From the NCBI GenBank assembly GCA_046730735.1, contig JBKPJP010000225.1, positions 1 to 32,689 on the forward strand: DNA of 32,689 nt, written 5' to 3'. This DNA is from Acidobacteriota bacterium. GTDB lineage: Bacteria; Acidobacteriota; Blastocatellia; Pyrinomonadales; Pyrinomonadaceae. The notes beneath the pieces were generated by a model that did no database searches, was not told where the DNA came from, and saw only the letters and a list, made by a program, of their open reading frames with translations. Below, piece by piece: positions 27,185 to 32,689 of this stretch. Within the stretch, counting starts at the first letter, position 1, and each line of letters opens with the position of its first letter. The position numbers and the translations under genes were made by a program.

Positions 27185-28281
27185 CAAAGAGATTCGAGCG
27201 CATCGAGAATACGCTCGGACGTTTGTCCGTCCCAGAGAGGTGGTTGGCGCAGTGCTTTCTTCGCGTTGCCGTCGAGGGCTGCGTTCGCGGCCGTGATGAT
27301 CTTTGTCGCGTCAGTACCGACGACGACGTTTGTGCCCATTTCAACCGTGATGGGACGCTCAGTGTTCTCGCGAAGTGTGATACAGGGAATGCCGAGAGCA
27401 GTCGTCTCTTCCTGAATGCCGCCGGAATCAGTCAACACTAAACGCGCGCTGCTCGAGAGATTGAGGAAGTCGAGATAACCGAGCGGCTCGATCGTTCGCA
27501 GATCTTTTATCGACTCCACGCGTTCGCTCAAGCCAAGCTCGGCGATCGTCTTTCTGGTTCGTGGATGAACCGGGAAAACGATCGGCAACTTCGACGAGAT
27601 CGCTTCGAGCGCATCGAGAATCCGTTCGAACGATTCACGCATGTCGACATTTGAAGGACGATGCAGCGTCAGGAGAGCGTAGTCGATACCATTGAGTCCC
27701 AATTTCTCATGGGTCGGCAACGCGCGCGCTTTCTTCAGGTGCTTGTGCAAGGAGTCGATCATCACGTTGCCCACGAAGCGAATGCGTTCGCGCGGAATGC
27801 CTTCGGCAACGAGGTTCTCATCGGCATCGGGTGAGGGCGTGAAGAGTAGATCGGCGATCTGATCGGTGAGTAGCCGGTTGATCTCTTCCGGCATCGTGCG
27901 GTCGCGGCTGCGCAGGCCGGCTTCGACGTGCGCGACCTTGATTCCGAGTTTCACGCAAACGAGTGCACACGCGATGGTCGAGTTGACGTCGCCGACGACC
28001 AGAACCCAGTCAGGCTTTTCGTGGAGTACGACAGGCTCGAAGCGTTCCATCACGGCAGCAGTCTGGGCGGCGTGTGAACCGGAGCCGACGCCGAGATGTG
28101 TGTCGGGCTCGGGGAGTTCGAGATCGCGGAAGAACGAGTCAGACATGGCCGCGTCGTAATGTTGGCCGGTATGGACCACGAGCGGCAGAAACTTCGTGGG
28201 ACGCTTCTTCATTGCGGCCACGATCGGCGCCACCTTCATGAAGTTGGGCCGCGCCCCGACGACGTTAATAACTTTCAGCAT
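27184..28281 (-). CDS. wecB: UDP-N-acetylglucosamine 2-epimerase (non-hydrolysing) family
   Basis: MLKVINVVGARPNFMKVAPI N-terminus, HTGQHYD, HVEAGLRS and DSGGIQEE motifs. Confidence 0.9.
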   Translation of the reverse strand: MLKVINVVGARPNFMKVAPIVAAMKKRPTKFLPLVVHTGQHYDAAMSDSFFRDLELPEPDTHLGVGSGSHAAQTAAVMERFEPVVLHEKPDWVLVVGDVNSTIACALVCVKLGIKVAHVEAGLRSRDRTMPEEINRLLTDQIADLLFTPSPDADENLVAEGIPRERIRFVGNVMIDSLHKHLKKARALPTHEKLGLNGIDYALLTLHRPSNVDMRESFERILDALEAISSKLPIVFPVHPRTRKTIAELGLSERVESIKDLRTIEPLGYLDFLNLSSSARLVLTDSGGIQEETTALGIPCITLRENTERPITVEMGTNVVVGTDATKIITAANAALDGNAKKALRQPPLWDGQTSERILDALESL

Positions 28282-28290
28282 CGTTTATTT

Positions 28291-28322
28291 TTGCCACAGA
28301 TGAACGCAGATGGACGCGGATT
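28291..28322. repeat. Family B decamer-unit element between the dehydrogenase and wecB
   Basis: TTGCCACAGATGAACGCAGATGGACGCGGATT fills the 39-nt intergenic gap. 28295-28322 matches 3438-3465 at 26 of 28 positions, and it also ends 13 nt from the downstream ATG. Confidence 0.75.
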
Positions 28323-29655
28323 ATAATCTTATTATTCGGGCGCTGCTCTCGCGTCTGACGTCACCGTTGAGCGCGTTGCGTGTGTCGACAATGAGCGAAG
28401 CCAGCGAACATACACGCTTATAGTCAATCTCACTGTGGTCAGTGACGATGATCACGCAGTCGGCGGATTTGAGCTCTTCATTAGTCAACGGTACTGACTG
28501 CAATGGCTCACCGCCCGCGTCAGTGTGCGCATCGTCAAACCGGACTTCTCCGACAAACGGATCGTGATAACGAACGTTTGCGCCCTTCGCGCGCAGTCGA
28601 TCGATAATCGAAAGCGCCGGACTCTCGCGCACGTCGTTGATGTCTTTCTTATAAGCAACACCAAGCAGCAACACATTCGAGCCCTTCATCGCTTTGCGCT
28701 CGTCGTTCAACCCGTCGGAAACGAGTTGGACCACGTGCTCAGGCATGCGCGAGTTCACTTCTTCCGCGAGACTGATGAAGCGCGAATCAAAACCATGCTG
28801 CCGCGCCTTCCACGACAAGTAATGCGGATCGAGCGGAATGCAATGACCGCCGATCCCCGGCCCCGGATAGAAAGGCATGAACCCGAACGGCTTGGTCGCG
28901 GCCGCGCGAATCACTTCCCACGTATCGATATTAAGCGCGTAGCAAAGCCGCGCCATCTCGTTCGCCATGCCGATGTTGACTGCCCGAAACGTGTTCTCGA
29001 GCAGCTTCGCCGCTTCCGCGACTCTCGCTGAACTGACGGCAAAAACATCGTTGACGATCTGCGAATAAAGATGTGCGGCGACTGCTGTCGAATCGTCTGT
29101 CACGCCGCCAACGACTTTCGGAATGTTGTGCGTAAGAAACTGCGGATTGCCTGGGTCAACACGCTCCGGCGAGAACGCGAGCAGGAAATCCTCGTCGAGC
29201 TTCAACCCTTTCTCTTCAAACATCGGAAGCAAAACTTCGTCCGTCGTTCCCGGATAAGTCGTCGACTCGAGAATGATCAACTGACCACGGCGCAGGCGTT
29301 TCGCGATCTGTTCGGTCGCGGCGAGAATGTACGAAACGTCCGGCTCCTTGGTTTTGCGTAACGGCGTCGGAACGCAAATGATGATCGCGTCGCAGTCGGC
29401 GAGGTGATCGAAATCCGTAGTGGCCTGAAGTCGCTTCGCGTCAACCACTTCCTTGAGTTTGCTCGAAGGCACGTCGCCTATGTAAGAAGTGCCGGCGTTG
29501 ATCTGTTTGGCCTTCGTCTCGTCAACTTCAAAGCCGGTCCCCTTGAAACCTTTCGAGGCAAACTCGACCAGCAAAGGCAAGCCGACATACCCGAGTCCGA
29601 TAACACCGACGTGGGCCTGTTTGTTTGTGATGCGATTGATTAGTTCATTTTTCAT
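28321..29655 (-). CDS. UDP-N-acetyl-D-hexosamine 6-dehydrogenase (nucleotide-sugar dehydrogenase, WbpA/TviB/WecC-like)
   Basis: NAD motif VGVIGLGYVGLPL, catalytic Cys context GIGGHCIPLDP, and INAGTSYI, which resembles the WbpA/TviB subgroup. I chose the ATG at 29655 because the extension to 29691 lies upstream of the predicted promoter. Confidence 0.85.
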   Translation of the reverse strand: MKNELINRITNKQAHVGVIGLGYVGLPLLVEFASKGFKGTGFEVDETKAKQINAGTSYIGDVPSSKLKEVVDAKRLQATTDFDHLADCDAIIICVPTPLRKTKEPDVSYILAATEQIAKRLRRGQLIILESTTYPGTTDEVLLPMFEEKGLKLDEDFLLAFSPERVDPGNPQFLTHNIPKVVGGVTDDSTAVAAHLYSQIVNDVFAVSSARVAEAAKLLENTFRAVNIGMANEMARLCYALNIDTWEVIRAAATKPFGFMPFYPGPGIGGHCIPLDPHYLSWKARQHGFDSRFISLAEEVNSRMPEHVVQLVSDGLNDERKAMKGSNVLLLGVAYKKDINDVRESPALSIIDRLRAKGANVRYHDPFVGEVRFDDAHTDAGGEPLQSVPLTNEELKSADCVIIVTDHSEIDYKRVCSLASLIVDTRNALNGDVRRESSARIIRL

Positions 29656-29675
29656 ATGATGAGTGCAAACAGGAA

Positions 29676-29704
29676 AGACTAGAGAGCGCATTAAGCAGTG
29701 TCAA
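29676..29704 (-). promoter_or_regulatory. Candidate sigma70-type promoter of the glycan operon
   Basis: On the minus strand: TTGACA (29704-29699), a 17-nt spacer, then TAGTCT (29681-29676). The predicted start site is about 14 nt before the ATG at 29655. Confidence 0.4.
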
Positions 29705-29738
29705 GTAAGAAGATCTGTGGCACTATACGCAACCGCAA

Positions 29739-31247
29739 ATGTACAAAGAAGCTCCCGCCAAACTCGTCCGTGGCCTGAGCCTGCTTGACGCCACCATGAT
29801 CGTCGTGGGATCGATGATCGGGTCGGGAATCTTCATCACTTCCGCGGAATCGTCGCGTTTAGTTGGATCGCCGGGCTGGTTGCTGGCGGCCTGGGCTCTC
29901 GCGGGCGTGCTCACCATCACCGGCGCATTGTGCTGCGCGGAACTCGCGGCGATGTGGCCGCGCGCCGGGGGCCAATACGTTTTTCTCAGAGAAGCGTACG
30001 GTCCGTCAATAGGTTTTCTTTTCGGCTGGGGCTTGTTTCTGATCATTCAGAGCGGAACGATTGCCGCGGTTGCTGTTGCTTTCGCGAATTTCACGGGCGT
30101 ACTTACGGGGGTGGTTTCAGGGGAGCGATATCTGATTGCGCCCGTCGTGATCGTCCATCCGTCAACCTCCTTCAACGGTTACGCGCTGAGTTTATCGACT
30201 CAACAACTACTCGCGGTCGTGATGATCCTGTTCCTCACGTTCATCAACACCCGCGGACTGCAAACCGGCAAGCTCATTCAAAACACGTTCACGTTTACGA
30301 AAACTGCCGCGCTGCTTGGATTGATCCTCATCGGATTACTCATCGGTTGGAATCACGGAAGCGCCGCGTTCACTTCGTCGTGGTGGCAACCGTGGCAAAA
30401 CGGTTGGAAGCCTTTGGCGTCGCAAGTTTGGTTCGAACCGGCAAGCGAAGGGTTGTTGGTGCTGGCGCTCATCATGTTGCTCGGTCGTGCGATGGTTGGG
30501 CCACTATTCGCGCAATCAGCATGGAACAATGTCACGTTCACGGCGGGCGAGGTGCGCGATCCGGGGAAGAATTTGCCGCGCGCACTCTTGCTCGGTTGCG
30601 GGATCGTAGTCACTCTTTACCTGCTCGCGAATCTTGCTTACGTCGTCACACTGCCTTTGAGCGGGATCCAAAATGCGCCGCAGAATCGCGTGGCGACCGC
30701 GGTGATGCAGGCAGCGCTTGGTCCCCGAGGCACGATTCTCATGGCCGTTGCGATCATGATCTCGACGTTCGGATGTAACAACGGGTTAATACTGGCGGGC
30801 GCGCGCGTTTACTACGCGATGGCGCGTGACGGGTTGTTCTTTAAACGCGTCGATAGCGTCAACGTGCATCACGTGCCGGCGGTGGCGTTGATAGCGCAGG
30901 GCGTGTGGGCCGCATTGCTCGTGTTGCCGCGCACGGTGACGACAAATCCACAGACGGGTTCGTTTACGTTTGGAAACGTTTACACGCAGCTGCTCGAGTA
31001 CATCGTTTCGGCAGATCTGATCTTTTATGTGTTGATGGTGGGTGCAGTGATCGTGATGCGTCGCAAGTCGCCGGAGATCGAGCGGCCGTATCGAACGTTT
31101 GGCTATCCAATCGTGCCGCTGATCTACATCATCATTGCGGGATTGTTCATCATTGACCTGGCGATACTCGCGCCGTCGACTTCCGGAATCGGATATTTAC
31201 TAGTATTCACAGGCGTCCCTATCTACTTCATCTGGCGCCGCAGATAA
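29739..31247 (+). CDS. Amino acid/polyamine permease (APC superfamily)
   Basis: 502 aa, about 12 TM segments, with an N-terminal motif typical of APC transporters (LLDATMIVVGSMIGSGIF). Confidence 0.85.
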   Translation: MYKEAPAKLVRGLSLLDATMIVVGSMIGSGIFITSAESSRLVGSPGWLLAAWALAGVLTITGALCCAELAAMWPRAGGQYVFLREAYGPSIGFLFGWGLFLIIQSGTIAAVAVAFANFTGVLTGVVSGERYLIAPVVIVHPSTSFNGYALSLSTQQLLAVVMILFLTFINTRGLQTGKLIQNTFTFTKTAALLGLILIGLLIGWNHGSAAFTSSWWQPWQNGWKPLASQVWFEPASEGLLVLALIMLLGRAMVGPLFAQSAWNNVTFTAGEVRDPGKNLPRALLLGCGIVVTLYLLANLAYVVTLPLSGIQNAPQNRVATAVMQAALGPRGTILMAVAIMISTFGCNNGLILAGARVYYAMARDGLFFKRVDSVNVHHVPAVALIAQGVWAALLVLPRTVTTNPQTGSFTFGNVYTQLLEYIVSADLIFYVLMVGAVIVMRRKSPEIERPYRTFGYPIVPLIYIIIAGLFIIDLAILAPSTSGIGYLLVFTGVPIYFIWRRR

Positions 31248-31253
31248 CGTTGA

Positions 31254-31363
31254 AGCGGGGGCAAGCCCCTCTTCCTGACTTGTTCTAGCTAACTTGCCTG
31301 ACTTGTTCCAACTACTGTGGAATGTAGGAAAGAACAAGTCAGGAAGAGGGGCTTGCCCCCGCT
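31254..31363. repeat. Family D 33-mer pair in the opposite (tail-to-tail) arrangement, plus a partial third copy
   Basis: AGCGGGGGCAAGCCCCTCTTCCTGACTTGTTCT (31254-31286) and its exact reverse complement (31331-31363). The 44-nt spacer contains CCTGACTTGTTC, a fragment of the unit. It lies between the convergent permease and polA ends. Confidence 0.8.
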
Positions 31364-31364
31364 G

Positions 31365-32689
31365 TTACTTGACCCACTCGTCGGCGATTTCCGTCTCGAC
31401 TTTAACAGGCACCGTCTTCAAATACTCCTGGCCGGCGGCGCACATGACGCGCTCAACTTTTTCCGCCACAGCTTGCGCTTCATCGGCGTCAGCTTCAACC
31501 ACGATCTCATCGTGAATGATGTTGACGATCTTCGCGTTCGTCTCGCTGAGTTCTTCTTTCAACAGCTTGAGTGCGCGTTTCAGGATGTCGGCGCTCGTGC
31601 CCTGTATCGGCGTGTTCTTCCCGTTGCGCTGCGTCATCGAGATCTGCTGGCGGTCGTTTTCATCGTAACGAAAACGCACCAGCCGCCCTGACGCCGTGCG
31701 CGCCTGCCGCTCACTCACCGCTCGATTCGCGGCTTCACGCAGGTAAGTATCGAGCTGGCGATACGTCCCGAAGTAACGGCGCAGAATGTTTTCCGCATCC
31801 GAGACACTCATTCCCGTCATCAACGCAAACCGCTGCGCGCCGATGCCATAAACCACACCGAAGTTCAGTCGCTTCGCAAAATCACGCTGCTCTTTCGTCA
31901 CGGAGTCGAGCGAGGTGTTGAAGACCTGCGACGCCGTCACACGATGCAGATCGGCGCCCGAGTTGAACGCTTCGATAAACCCGCGATCGCCTGAAAACTC
32001 CGCCAGTATCCGCAACTCAATCTGCGAATAGTCGGCAATGATCAACTTCCGTCCTTCCGGATGTCCACTGAAACAGCGCCGGTACTCAACCGCATGCGGC
32101 ACTTGTTGAATGTTTGGATTGGTACACGCAAACCTTCCCGTCGGCGCGCCGATCTGACGAAAATCCGCGTGCAATCGATTAGTTACCGGATTGATCAACT
32201 CGATCATGTTCTCGCCGTAACTCGTCAGCGCCTTCTGCACCGTGCGGTACTCGAGCAACGTGCCGATGATCGGATATTGCGCGGCGAGCGGCTGTAGTTT
32301 CCAGTTGCGCGTCGAATCGGGAACGGGAATGCCAAGACGGTTGAGCGCCTTCGTCAACTGTTGCTGTGAATCGAGGTTGATGTCGTCGCGCTGCGGTCCT
32401 CCAAACAGCGATCCCTGCGACGACTCCTCCGCCAGCACCTGCTGCAACTGTTCCGCCAGCTCGACGCGTTTCTTTTCAACGATCCGGAGCTGTTCGAGCC
32501 AGCGATCCTTGTGCATGTAAAAACCCGCGAGCTCGATATCAACCACCGGCATCACGCACTCAAATTCGAGCTGCGCACATCTGATCAGCGACTCAGCTTT
32601 CAACCGCTCGATCAGTTTCTCGCGCAGCGGCAACAAAATCGCCGCGTCACGCGCTGCATATTCCAGTTGGGCGGACGTCAGTTCGAGAC
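31365..32689 (-). CDS. polA: DNA polymerase I, C-terminal polymerase domain (gene continues beyond the window)
   Basis: Family A polymerase motifs: IIADYSQIELRILA (motif A), RDFAKRLNFGVVYG (motif B) and VNIIHDEIVVE (motif C). The reading frame is open to the window edge. Confidence 0.95.
   Translation of the reverse strand, partial: LELTSAQLEYAARDAAILLPLREKLIERLKAESLIRCAQLEFECVMPVVDIELAGFYMHKDRWLEQLRIVEKKRVELAEQLQQVLAEESSQGSLFGGPQRDDINLDSQQQLTKALNRLGIPVPDSTRNWKLQPLAAQYPIIGTLLEYRTVQKALTSYGENMIELINPVTNRLHADFRQIGAPTGRFACTNPNIQQVPHAVEYRRCFSGHPEGRKLIIADYSQIELRILAEFSGDRGFIEAFNSGADLHRVTASQVFNTSLDSVTKEQRDFAKRLNFGVVYGIGAQRFALMTGMSVSDAENILRRYFGTYRQLDTYLREAANRAVSERQARTASGRLVRFRYDENDRQQISMTQRNGKNTPIQGTSADILKRALKLLKEELSETNAKIVNIIHDEIVVEADADEAQAVAEKVERVMCAAGQEYLKTVPVKVETEIADEWVK

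Noticed and set aside
112-31363. Reading the 33-nt repeats as a CRISPR array, or as the inverted ends of a 31-kb composite transposon or island.
   Set aside because: The units occur as inverted pairs at two loci, not as direct repeats with spacers, and no cas genes are present. The intervening DNA carries core genes (purF, ald, htrA) and no transposase, integrase or tRNA target, so a mobile island is unsupported.
1-32689. Defence island, prophage, toxin-antitoxin, secretion system or biosynthetic (NRPS/PKS/RiPP) cluster.
   Set aside because: No hallmark genes are recognisable in any frame: nucleases/helicases with defence architecture, integrases, capsid/terminase, small paired ORFs, condensation or KS domains. 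Every ORF over about 110 aa outside known genes is an antisense artefact.

Overview
Chromosomal segment, probably from an Acidobacteriota-like bacterium; this is inferred from the repeat families and gene content and is not verified. I see 24 complete protein genes, the 3' part of polA running off the right edge, and a possible gene tail at the left edge. 1-10.3 kb is housekeeping and metabolic: an MBL-fold hydrolase, a secreted hypothetical, purF, a cytochrome c / membrane-anchored protein / Zn-ADH trio, an HtrA protease, a translationally coupled aldehyde dehydrogenase + alanine dehydrogenase pair, and an orphan response regulator. 10.4-29.7 kb is a tightly packed surface-glycan locus of about 19 kb. 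It holds a nucleotide-sugar dehydrogenase, WecB-type 2-epimerase, heparinase II/III-like protein, two AsnB-family amidotransferases, a fused MDR + Gfo/Idh/MocA oxidoreductase, Wzx flippase, two GT-B glycosyltransferases, two polytopic GT-C-like membrane proteins and two SAM methyltransferases. No priming transferase, polymerase, chain-length or export gene is in view. 29.7-32.7 kb holds an APC permease and polA. I found no rRNA, tRNA, CRISPR array, transposase, phage or recognisable defence genes. The most unusual content is non-coding. At least four families of palindromic repeats, built from short tandem units (8-mer, 10-mer, 7-mer, and a 33-mer inverted repeat), are woven into gene boundaries. 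They supply stop codons and C-terminal residues, form stop/start junctions inside the operon, mark both convergent TTAA stop overlaps, and in one case sit in-frame inside a coding sequence. All product calls come from motif recognition by eye; no database search was run.
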